Shown here piece by piece: positions 8,937-19,300 of a stretch of DNA of 64,000 nt; the stretch's first letter is position 1; each line of letters opens with the position of its first letter. Under the pieces are notes generated by a model. It was not told the DNA's origin, searched no databases, and was given only the letters and a program-made list of their open reading frames with translations. The translations under genes and the position numbers were made by a program. This stretch comes from an uncultured virus (IMG/VR IMGVR_UViG_3300032326_001218) (taxonomy: Duplodnaviria > Heunggongvirae > Uroviricota > Caudoviricetes): IMG/VR virus record IMGVR_UViG_3300032326_001218; one strand, written 5' to 3'.

Positions 8937-9836
8937 ATGGCAGCTGTAAATCCAAATATGAATTGTGGGATACTGATAGATGAGTTTATCAGAATGGCTA
9001 GTCAGCATTTATTAACCGTAAAGGGTACAATAGTTACAACTGCCACATATTTGCCACTTGGTACACCGGCTCCATCTCAAGTTGCATGGACAGGATATAA
9101 AATAATGCCAACCGATCCAGAAGTTATAGAATTAGGTCAGCTTGGAGAACGAATTCTCAATAGTAATTACAAAGCTGGAAAACCTAAATCAACGAGAGTT
9201 TTATTTATTGAGGATGAAGATTTAGGAAGGGTACAAACCCAAAATATTGTATATCCAAATCTTGTAAAAGCCGATGGTACTACGGTTCAAAATTTTGGTG
9301 AAACGCTACAAACAAACTTTACAGCAAAAATAGATGAAGCAAGAGCTGTTGCCGAAGCATATATGGGACAGCCATTTGTTGATGACCAGGAATGGAGTAA
9401 TTTTATTTCATTGGTAGCAGCGGAATCAACGGTTAATCAAACGGAACAGGCTTGGGTTGCTGCGGTGATATTAAATAGAACTAGATTAAGAATCTTACGA
9501 GCAAGAACAGTCACAGAAACTATAAATAAACCAAATCAGTTTGAACCAGTTACCGGTCCGGCATCAAGTAGAGTTTGGTATTTAAGAGGTCCAACTCCCG
9601 CAAGAGAACAATCAATATTAGGTTCTTTAAAAGAAATTTTACCAGGCGTAGATAAAGATTATATAAACTTTACTTCAAATAACGATTGTGCGTATGTAAG
9701 ATGTAGTGGTGGTGTACCTACTAGAGATGCTAATGGTAACGTTATACGAATACCGAATAGAGTTTATCAGTATCTTTTAGATTTAAGAGCAAAACCATCT
9801 TCTAAAGTCATCGGTGGTACTATATTTTCAAAATAA
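8937..9836 (+). CDS. protein with a C-terminal SleB/Hydrolase_2-like cell-wall hydrolase domain
   Basis: LVAAES...VAAVILNR...TINKPNQFEP...IGGTIF. Confidence 0.7.
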   Translation: MAAVNPNMNCGILIDEFIRMASQHLLTVKGTIVTTATYLPLGTPAPSQVAWTGYKIMPTDPEVIELGQLGERILNSNYKAGKPKSTRVLFIEDEDLGRVQTQNIVYPNLVKADGTTVQNFGETLQTNFTAKIDEARAVAEAYMGQPFVDDQEWSNFISLVAAESTVNQTEQAWVAAVILNRTRLRILRARTVTETINKPNQFEPVTGPASSRVWYLRGPTPAREQSILGSLKEILPGVDKDYINFTSNNDCAYVRCSGGVPTRDANGNVIRIPNRVYQYLLDLRAKPSSKVIGGTIFSK

Positions 9837-9909
9837 ATTTATAGGTAATAATTATCAAACCTTAAAAAAATCTTTATTAGATATTTATTTACATAACAAA
9901 TAAGAATGT

Positions 9910-10386
9910 ATGAATACTGATAAATTATTACAAGCCATTCAAATCTTAGTTAAAGAGGAACTTAAACAACAACTTCCTACTCTTATTAAGGAAGCAGTAA
10001 GGTCTGAAATGAAGAAAGTATTGGCTGAACAAAAACAACCAAAAAATACTGGATTAAGTATGGCTAAAGCTATTTTAGGTGAAGAAAAGCCAAAAATGGT
10101 TGAAACAAAAGAAAAAGAATTTAGTAAAAATCCAATGATTAATCAAATTCTTAATGAAACTAGAACCGCTGCAGCTAATGGTGATGGTGGATTCAGAACA
10201 ATGAATTTTGGACAAGGTGATATGGGTTCAATCGTAGGAAGAACCGCAATGGCCGAAAAAATGGGTTATGGTGAATTTGCTGGTGGTGGACAGAGAAGTG
10301 GATTAGGTGTACAAACCGGTGTAGCTGAATTAGATAAGGCTTTTAATAGAGATTATTCTGAGCTTGTTAAAAGATTTAAGAAATAA
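9910..10386 (+). CDS. hypothetical protein (IKEAVRSE-type leader)
   Basis: 158-aa ORF after ATATTTAT at 9881. Confidence 0.6.
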   Translation: MNTDKLLQAIQILVKEELKQQLPTLIKEAVRSEMKKVLAEQKQPKNTGLSMAKAILGEEKPKMVETKEKEFSKNPMINQILNETRTAAANGDGGFRTMNFGQGDMGSIVGRTAMAEKMGYGEFAGGGQRSGLGVQTGVAELDKAFNRDYSELVKRFKK

Positions 10387-10829
10387 TGGCAGTAATAGTA
10401 GGTCAATATTTTGTAGCATCCAATCCATCTTTGAGAGATTTAACCGATTATGCACTGGGATTAGATATTCCTATGCAAATGGGAACTAATACATTTTTTC
10501 AAAATTATGATTCGGTTGCGCAATTAAAAGCAAATGTTACTTTGTTATTAAGAACCAGACAAGGAGAAAGATTGAATCAACCGTTATTTGGTACAAAATT
10601 ACATCAAGTACTTTTTGAACCAAACGATGATGAGCTAAATGATAAAATATCCGATGCAATAGAAACTGCAGTACGATATTGGATTCCGGATTTATCGGTT
10701 TCAAATATACAAATAGACCAATCTAACGAAATGAAAGATAAAAATCAAGTTGGTGTTAAAGTTAGTTTTAATGCTAAAGGTCTTGGTGCTGGATTTGATG
10801 TTGATTTTGGTATAAATAATAATAGTTAA
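10386..10829 (+). CDS. gp25: baseplate wedge protein, gp25/GPW family
   Basis: LLLRTRQGERLNQPLFGTKLHQVLFEP...AVRYWIP signature. Confidence 0.9.
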   Translation: MAVIVGQYFVASNPSLRDLTDYALGLDIPMQMGTNTFFQNYDSVAQLKANVTLLLRTRQGERLNQPLFGTKLHQVLFEPNDDELNDKISDAIETAVRYWIPDLSVSNIQIDQSNEMKDKNQVGVKVSFNAKGLGAGFDVDFGINNNS

Positions 10830-10830
10830 G

Positions 10831-12867
10831 ATGGCGTTAAGAAGTGTAAATAAAAACTTTAAAAATAGAGGAAAAGATGTAAAGTATCTTAATAAAGATT
10901 TTTCACAATTCAAAGAAAATCTTATTGAGTTTGCAAGAACATATTTTCCAAAAGCATATAATGATTTTTCCGATGCATCACCTGGTACTCTTTTTATAGA
11001 GATGGCTGCATATGTAGGTGATGTACTATCGTATTATATTGATGATACGTTCAAACAATCCTTAATGGTATATGCGGATGATTTACAAAGTGTAATACCT
11101 TTAACGAGATATTTAGGATATAAACCAATGGTTACATCGCCATCTACAACAAAAGTATCAATATATCAACTTGTACCGTCTATTGGTAGTGGAGTTGATA
11201 ATAAGCCAGATTCAAAATATTATTTAAGAATTAAAAGTGGAATGGTTTTAGAATCATCACAAAATAATGTTGAATTTTATACTACGGACTATATAGATTT
11301 TAACGATGAAACGGACAGAGAAACCACGGTATATCAAAGAGATACATTAACAGGAGAACCATCTTTGTATTTAATAAAAAAATACGGAGATGTAATTTCT
11401 GGTAATGTCAGAGTTAAGCAAGAAATATTTGGTAGTTATTCTCCATATCAAAGTGTTCTCCTACCAGAAAGTGATATAATTCAAATTATTGATGTAAGAG
11501 ATGCGGATGGAAACAAGTATTATGAAGTACCGTATCTTGCACAAGAAATGGTATTTATTGAAGAACCAAATACGGCTACAAATGATCCTGATTTATATCA
11601 ATTTAAAACAACTGTTCCATATATTTTAAAAACAATAAAAACACCTAAACGATTTACAACCGTAATTAATGGTGATAGTACAACAACTTTACAATTTGGA
11701 GCAGGAGACCCAACAGCATCCGATGAGTTATTAATTCCAAATCTTAAAAATGTTGGATTAGGATTACCAAATTCTATTAATAGGTTAGAAGAATCTTTTG
11801 ACCCTACGAACTTTTTAAAAACAAAAACGTATGGAACATCACCGGCAAATACAACTTTAACTATTAAGTATTTGACTGGTGGCGGAGTTTCATCAAATGT
11901 GGCTAGTAATACTATAAATAAGATTAAGGTTATAGAATATGATGAAGATTTAAATGATTTTACTGCACAAGAATTACCTCTTTATTTAAAAATGAAGAAT
12001 ACAATAGCAGTTGATAATGAAATTGCAGCTTCAGGTGGAAGAAGTGGTGAAACTTTACTTGAAATGAAACAAAATGCTTTGGCACATTTTTCATCCCAAA
12101 ATAGAGCAGTAACCGCAAAAGATTATCAAATTAGAGTATTATCAATGCCATCTAAATTCGGTGCAATTGCAAAAGCATATGCAACTGCTGATGGTACACT
12201 GGATAATAATTCACCATCATCAATTTTGGCATCCCCAAACAATTTACAAGAATTTACTAATTTAGTAATGAGTTTTGTAAATAAACCAGATAGTGAAGAA
12301 CCAAGTGAAGCATCTATCAAAGAAGATATTACTAAATTTTTAGTAGGAAAAACATCAAACGAAAACGAAAAAAATAACCCATTTGCAATAAATCTTTATT
12401 TACTGGCTTATGATGGTAATGGTAATTTGTCAAATATCAATAGAGCATTAAAAGAAAATTTAAAAACATATCTAAATGAATACAAAATATTAACCGATGG
12501 TGTTAATATGTTAGATGGTTTTGTAATAAACATTGGTGTTGATTTTGAAATTGTTTGTTATCCAAATTACAATAAAGCAGAAATATTAGTACAATGTGTA
12601 AGTGAATTAAAAGATTATTTTGTAGTTGATAACTGGCAATTCAATCAAACTATAAATTTAAGTGAAATTGAATTACTCCTTGCAAACATAGAAGGGGTTC
12701 AATCCGTTCCGATGTTAAAAATAACAAATAAGTGTGGTGGTAATTATTCACCAAATTCTTATAATATTGATGCAGCTACTAAAGATAAGATTGTATATCC
12801 ATCTTTAGACCCATCAATTTTTGAAGTTAAGTTTCCTGATAAAGATATAAAAGGTAGAGTAAGATAA
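10831..12867 (+). CDS. baseplate wedge subunit (gp6/baseplate J-like)
   Basis: YLNKDFSQFK...AAYVGDVLSYYID...RYLGYKP; GGRSGET...QNRAVTAKDY. Confidence 0.85.
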   Translation: MALRSVNKNFKNRGKDVKYLNKDFSQFKENLIEFARTYFPKAYNDFSDASPGTLFIEMAAYVGDVLSYYIDDTFKQSLMVYADDLQSVIPLTRYLGYKPMVTSPSTTKVSIYQLVPSIGSGVDNKPDSKYYLRIKSGMVLESSQNNVEFYTTDYIDFNDETDRETTVYQRDTLTGEPSLYLIKKYGDVISGNVRVKQEIFGSYSPYQSVLLPESDIIQIIDVRDADGNKYYEVPYLAQEMVFIEEPNTATNDPDLYQFKTTVPYILKTIKTPKRFTTVINGDSTTTLQFGAGDPTASDELLIPNLKNVGLGLPNSINRLEESFDPTNFLKTKTYGTSPANTTLTIKYLTGGGVSSNVASNTINKIKVIEYDEDLNDFTAQELPLYLKMKNTIAVDNEIAASGGRSGETLLEMKQNALAHFSSQNRAVTAKDYQIRVLSMPSKFGAIAKAYATADGTLDNNSPSSILASPNNLQEFTNLVMSFVNKPDSEEPSEASIKEDITKFLVGKTSNENEKNNPFAINLYLLAYDGNGNLSNINRALKENLKTYLNEYKILTDGVNMLDGFVINIGVDFEIVCYPNYNKAEILVQCVSELKDYFVVDNWQFNQTINLSEIELLLANIEGVQSVPMLKITNKCGGNYSPNSYNIDAATKDKIVYPSLDPSIFEVKFPDKDIKGRVR

Positions 12868-13937
12868 TGGCATACTATTTTTTAACAGCATCAAAAGATG
12901 CATCGGTGTATATACAACAACCATTTCAAAATACTGGATTGGATGAAATATTAGAAATAAGTAAAGTATATTATGGAAATATAAAAGATTTATCCAGAAT
13001 ATTAATAAGATTTGATATTTCACATCTTTCATCTTCATTATCAAATGGTAGTATGAAATTAGAAAATGCTACACTTGTTTTGAGACAAACTGAAAGTGAA
13101 GAAATTCCTTTAGAATATACAGTTTACGCTTATATGGTTTCTGGAAGTTGGCAAATGGGAAAGGGTACTCGTTTTGATGAGGTATCTACACAGGGTGTAA
13201 CTTGGGATTATAGAGAAGGTGATTCTAATTTAGAATGGTTACCATCGGGACAATTTTCAGCGGGTAGTACTGGTTCATATGAAGGTAGAGGTGGTGTTTG
13301 GTACACTGCAAATGCAGCAAGTCAATCGTTTAATTATCAGACAGCCGATATTAATATGGATATTAAAGAGTCATTAAAAAGCTGGTTAAGTGGTTCTATA
13401 CAAAATAATGGGTTTATAGTTAAATACAATAATTCGGTTGAAGATGATACTGAAGATTATGGAATACTTAAATTCTTTAGTAAAGAAACTAATACGATAC
13501 ATCAACCAAAAGTAAGAATAGGATGGGATGACCAATTGATTGTAACTGGTTCATTAAATCCACTAACTGCTAATGATATAAAAGTAAATGTTATTAATTT
13601 TAAAAATAAATACAAAATAAACTCAATAGCGAAGATAAGAATATTTGCTAGAGATTTGTATCCTTTAAAAACATTTTCTAATTCTTTTAGTTATAATACT
13701 GCTGAATATTTACCAATAACATCATATTATCAAATAAAAGATGCGGCATCAGATGATGTAATAATTCCATTTGGCGATTTTTCAAAAATTAGTTGTGATG
13801 AAACTGGAAACTATATTAAAGTTGATTTTTCAAATTGGCAACCAAATAGAATTTACAAATTAGAATTTAAAGTTGAAAGCGATGGGGATGTTCAATATTT
13901 TGATGAAAATATAACGTTTAGTTTAGAAAATAATTAG
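12867..13937 (+). CDS. virion structural protein (DNRLRE-like beta-sandwich)
   Basis: ASKDASVY...NTGLDEILEI...SRILIRFD...FFSKET...PKV; translationally coupled to the gp6-like gene. Confidence 0.55.
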   Translation: MAYYFLTASKDASVYIQQPFQNTGLDEILEISKVYYGNIKDLSRILIRFDISHLSSSLSNGSMKLENATLVLRQTESEEIPLEYTVYAYMVSGSWQMGKGTRFDEVSTQGVTWDYREGDSNLEWLPSGQFSAGSTGSYEGRGGVWYTANAASQSFNYQTADINMDIKESLKSWLSGSIQNNGFIVKYNNSVEDDTEDYGILKFFSKETNTIHQPKVRIGWDDQLIVTGSLNPLTANDIKVNVINFKNKYKINSIAKIRIFARDLYPLKTFSNSFSYNTAEYLPITSYYQIKDAASDDVIIPFGDFSKISCDETGNYIKVDFSNWQPNRIYKLEFKVESDGDVQYFDENITFSLENN

Positions 13938-13938
13938 T

Positions 13939-14955
13939 ATGAAAAATACTGGATTAAAAAATGAGGTTAATGTAGGCAGAATACTTGTAAGTGGTTCTTT
14001 GGCGTTAAAACCAAAGACCGATACCGGTGTTTATATCTTTGAAAATAAAGACAAGGATGGCGGTGTAATTTCTGGAAAACTAACTAAACCAAAATACGAT
14101 GAGGATGAGTTGTTAAGAGCAATTGATACAACGATTATTGAATTAATTCCACAAGAACCACCACCCGCCGAAGATACGGTACCACGAAGAGTTTATAACC
14201 CAGTAACGCAATCTGTAATTGATTTAACCGCAGAAGTAACTCAGTTAAATAAAGAAATTGATGATTTAAGAGCAAAGGTTATTGAATTGGAAATTGTAAC
14301 TGAAAGTTTACGAATAGATGTAGATAGAGAAACAATCGCATCATCAACTGCACAAAACGAATCATTTCAATATGGTACAAAGATTCAATCTAGTATAGTT
14401 GATTTACAAAACGCTATCCAAAAAGCAACATCCGAAGCTATTCAGAGAGTTTCGCTGACTGCAAGAGTTGCTTCATTGGAAGAACAGAATAGAGAATATA
14501 AAGAACAATTAGAAGGTAAAGCTGCTAAACTAGCAGAAGGTTCAAAAGTTGGTATGGATATATCTTTAAAAGTTCTTAAAAAAGGACAAGAAGGCGGTGA
14601 AGATATATTATTTAATTCAAGAGCAAATGCAAAAGGTGAAGTTACTTGGATAAATGGTCCAGATGTGGAAGTATATAATTTCTCCGCAGAGAGTGTAAAC
14701 ATAACATTTGAATCAACCGGAGAAACTGGAGATACTTTAGAAAAAGTAGCTTCTATTACATTAGAACCAAAAGCGAAAAAAATAATAATACTTGCACCAA
14801 ATAAAGGAGCGGTTAGAGATAAAGTACCTGCAAATGGGTTTGGAGCTAGTAGAGATAAATTATATAAGGGTTCATTTATAGCAAAAACAACAACATCAAC
14901 GGTAACGTTGACGGTTGGTTTGCAAAAACAAAGAGGAAATAAATTTGAAGGATAA
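13939..14955 (+). CDS. virion-region coiled-coil protein
   Basis: Central heptad region and beta-rich C-terminus. Confidence 0.55.
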   Translation: MKNTGLKNEVNVGRILVSGSLALKPKTDTGVYIFENKDKDGGVISGKLTKPKYDEDELLRAIDTTIIELIPQEPPPAEDTVPRRVYNPVTQSVIDLTAEVTQLNKEIDDLRAKVIELEIVTESLRIDVDRETIASSTAQNESFQYGTKIQSSIVDLQNAIQKATSEAIQRVSLTARVASLEEQNREYKEQLEGKAAKLAEGSKVGMDISLKVLKKGQEGGEDILFNSRANAKGEVTWINGPDVEVYNFSAESVNITFESTGETGDTLEKVASITLEPKAKKIIILAPNKGAVRDKVPANGFGASRDKLYKGSFIAKTTTSTVTLTVGLQKQRGNKFEG

Positions 14956-16388
14956 TGGCAATAAAATCATTTAAGGATATTATTGATAGTAAAGGGTATC
15001 GTATAAACACCGATGATAGAATGCTATTTGAATCGGGTAATATACAATCGTTTTTTGGGCTTAGTAAGACCGATTGTGTTGAATTTATTTTATACGATGC
15101 AAACGATAATCAACTACCACAACAAAACTATGGATTGGTAAGATATTTGCCATTAACTTCTGAAAATATAAGAGATTATTTTTTAGTAGCAGAGGGAACC
15201 GTTTTTCAAAAATATCAATTTCCAACTGAATATTTTATTGATGCGGAAAGACTTATAAATGAAGCAGGATATAACAATGGTATTTTTAAAATCCAAATTA
15301 CACTATTAAATAAAAGAGTGGGTAGTGAGGGTATGTTTGATAAATTATGGATTTCAGAAATATCTCCATCTAGAACCGAAATAAGATTGTTCCCACATAA
15401 TGAAGGTAGTAAATTAAATCCTGAATTAAAAACACGTTATGGTATTTTTATAAATGATGGTTCATTCAGAGAAGATGTTGTTAGATATGCAATTTCATTT
15501 GTTGAAAAGATTAGTCCAAATTATATAGCATCTTATTTAAAAACAAACTTTTCGGAAAGTTGGTTTAATTTATTATTAAGTGAATATCAGATTAAACAAT
15601 TTGATTCTTTTGCAACAACTATGTATAACAAATTTGTTGAAGCAACGATATATGAATTTACAAATAGAATTTCCGATATAAATGATTTGAATTACGGAAA
15701 AAAGAAAAATACCCCAGAATCTATTCAGTTATCAAAAGAATACGTTAAAGAAAAATGTGAAAAAATATTAATACAGGTTATAAATAAATTTTTATTAAAT
15801 CCTGTTGTAAAATTTGGTTCAAAATCTAACGATACATTTGAAAGTTACGATGCTCCGGAGCGTATTTTAGAAACAAAAACATCGGATTTGGATATTATGA
15901 CAAATCCACCTTTAATAAAAGCGGCAACAATTATTAAAACAAAAGCACCATCGGTTTTACAAAATGCAATTGCAGCTGAAGTAAAAGCAAAAGAAGTATT
16001 AGCTCCAACGCAAGTTATTTTACCAGATGTTGATATGAATTTACCATTAACTAGTCCAACTGTTTCAGAAACCGAAACGGCATTTGAAATAGATAAGCCG
16101 AAAGGTTTACTTGCAAAACTTAGACTGAAAAAGGGTGAAAAAATACCAGATGGTGGTAAGTTGTTTAGAAGAAGGGGAAATACGAATACTCCATCCACAC
16201 CCGCTGAAAGTTTAACTAAAAAGCTATTAGGTAGTGGTGATGGTAGTGTTAATACACCTTCAAGAGCTAGAGGTATATTTGGAATTAAAGGAAGAGGTGT
16301 AGTTTTAGAAAATATGGGCACCGGAAACGCAGTGGATGCAGCAACTATGGTTACAAATAATACACCGAATAATTTATCAGAGCTATAA
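14955..16388 (+). CDS. baseplate-region hypothetical protein
   Basis: LWISEISPSRTEIRL motif; low-complexity C-terminus. Confidence 0.55.
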   Translation: MAIKSFKDIIDSKGYRINTDDRMLFESGNIQSFFGLSKTDCVEFILYDANDNQLPQQNYGLVRYLPLTSENIRDYFLVAEGTVFQKYQFPTEYFIDAERLINEAGYNNGIFKIQITLLNKRVGSEGMFDKLWISEISPSRTEIRLFPHNEGSKLNPELKTRYGIFINDGSFREDVVRYAISFVEKISPNYIASYLKTNFSESWFNLLLSEYQIKQFDSFATTMYNKFVEATIYEFTNRISDINDLNYGKKKNTPESIQLSKEYVKEKCEKILIQVINKFLLNPVVKFGSKSNDTFESYDAPERILETKTSDLDIMTNPPLIKAATIIKTKAPSVLQNAIAAEVKAKEVLAPTQVILPDVDMNLPLTSPTVSETETAFEIDKPKGLLAKLRLKKGEKIPDGGKLFRRRGNTNTPSTPAESLTKKLLGSGDGSVNTPSRARGIFGIKGRGVVLENMGTGNAVDAATMVTNNTPNNLSEL

Positions 16389-16397
16389 TTATAAAAG

Positions 16398-19300
16398 ATG
16401 CCTAGATTTACACAAGACCAACCGTTTGATTCTGAATTAAATAAAAATAGTCAGGATTCATTAAGACAGAATTTACTTTCTAATATTGAAAATGTAAGTC
16501 CTGTTGATGGCGTTATTTTGCCTGGTGGTGATATTGGTATTATTAAAAGTGAAAATGTAATCATACCTATAAAAAAAGATTATGATTATGCAGGTACAAT
16601 AAATCAGGATGGATTTTTAGCTATTAATATTAATGCAAATACCGATAAGTGTCTTGTAAACGTAGATGGACAACCTTCGTATAGAACAACACCTACTAAA
16701 TTTGTATTCTCAATATCGGATATAATTGGTGTTGGAACAAAAACTATTTCGGTAACCAAAGAGGGATATGAATCAAATGAGCAATATAACATATCAATAG
16801 TTCAAAATCCTAATTTTATTGATGATGGATTTGCCAATTATAGAAATACGCTTACAAACTTTGATGGAGTTTTAGGATTACAACCTGAAAGAAAAATATT
16901 TACACAATCAACTCCATATGTTTTTAGAATTGAAAGAGTTATAAACGGTGAAATTGTATCAACCGATGCATCAAATTCTCCAAATGATATAAAAGAATTA
17001 TCATTTGAACTTAAAAAACAAAATCCAAAAGATATTGCTTTAATTAAAGTTCCAGAAGTTTCTACCTACAATGTAACGATAAATTTAAAAGGACCAAATA
17101 ATTCGGTATCTTTAACAAATGTAAACACTTCAGAAACTATTAAACTTACAAATGAAGTAACTACATTAATTGTAGAAGTTGGTACGAGATTGCAAATGGT
17201 AGCTGTAAATAATAATCTTTATAGAATATCAAGAATAACTGCAACTTCTCAAGGACTGAAACCTAGACTATTAGAAGCATTAAATACTGACACTTTATTT
17301 TCGGAATACACGGTAGATAATAACACTGTAATTGATATTGAAAGTGAAAATATTGGTATTGTTCAACCGGCTTCAAATCCTGTAATACGATTATTAACTC
17401 CTGATGAAAATAGAAAGTATAATAGAAATTCGCAGGAAGATTATCCCATTCTACTGGTTACCGAAAATATTAATCAGATTGTAGCATATGTAAAGGATAA
17501 AACTTTTAATTTTGATATAAATTCAACTATAAATAACGCGATAGGTGCGGTAGTTGCAAATCAAACCGAAAGACCTCCAACCGTAATTAGTATTCCTAAA
17601 ACGGCGTTTGATTCTTTAGGTAATTATAAAATCTATTTAGTTGGTAAAACCGAAGGTATAGAACAACCTCCAATCGAACTTAAACTTTCAGTTGTTGACG
17701 AATTTTTTGTTGGTGTTCCTGATATAGAATCTATTACATACCCAAAGGAATTGATAGGTGGGGATTATGTTGGTACTGATGTTGATTTTGAAATATCATA
17801 CAAATCAAGAGATACGGATTTTGTAAAAATATTTGTAAATAATTCGGCAGGGTTTTATCAAGAAGGACCAAATGCCAGAATTACATTAAATGTACAAAAA
17901 TTATTACAATTTAGTTCTTATACTGGTCCGAATGATGTTATTAAATTAAATTTAAAATTAGTTCCATATAACCATAGTGGAAATAAAGAAATTGTTGGTA
18001 AAGAAGAATTAATAACCGTTACATTTAGAGCCGGTGATTTAACGATACCAAAAGAACTTGCAATTAATAGAATTGCGGCGGCATTCACTTCTCAATTTGA
18101 TGAAACTATTTTTGGAGATGAATCTTCTAAATATTTAAATCATTTATTACATTTAGGCGATGGTGATAGTAAAGTTGTTACTACGTGGACTGGTAGTTTT
18201 GATTCACTTATATTAAAATTATATGAACCATTACCGGTTACGGTACAGCCCAATCAATTAGTTTGGATTTCCAAAGTACAATCAACGCCAATAATTGAAA
18301 CAATAAGTTTAAGAGGTGAAACCGAAACTGCGTGTAATACATTAAAAGGTCCAAATTTCTCATTAAATCCTGATAACGGTATAGAGTTTCAAATTTATGA
18401 TGATTTAGTGGGAAGTGGTTCTGTTTCATCCGTAGATGTTATTAATAGATATGCATCTACCATTGGAATTGATACACAAAAACTAAATATTGAATATGTA
18501 AGTGGCTCTGAATATGTATTTAAGAACTTCGTTAATTTCAGTTCTGCAAAAGAAAGAGTAGATAATTTTGTATATAAGGTTAGATTAATAGAATATTATA
18601 AAAATATATATTTTACCAATACATCAACTTCTTCTGCCTCTCCATATGAAGTAAACGAAGCAAATGTATCAATTGGTAAGTCTAATCAACTTATTAATGC
18701 AATGGATGGGTTTGAAAAATATTTGTATTATACTACAAATACTAATTCAAATAATTTAGCATATCCTAAAACAAATAGTTCATCATCTATATTGGTTAAT
18801 ACCACATCTTCGTTGGTAACTATGTGGTATGATGAATTACTATCACAGGCAGAATATTACGATAAATACAATCCAAATCGTCTTACGGCAAATATACCAG
18901 AATTTTTAGTAGAAGATACTGCCAATGAAGATTTTATTACGTTTTTGAATATGATTGGCCAACACTTTGATATACTTTGGTCATATATAAGTTCTTTAGC
19001 AAAAACAAAAGCAGTAGAAGCTTCGGAATATAAAGGAATAACAAATGATGTAGTTCAGTTTGTTCTTGAATCACATGGATGGGATGTTAAAAAGGCGTTT
19101 AATTCTAACTTTTTATGGGAATATGCATTTGGAACATATAAAGATGGTACACCAAAATATTCTAAATCACTTGAATCTGCAAATGAAGAAATTTGGAGAA
19201 GAATATTAAATAACCTTCCATATATTTTAAAACATAAAGGAACTGGTAGAGCTATGAAGGCTGTAATGGCTTGTTATGGTGTACCACAATCTATGTTGAC

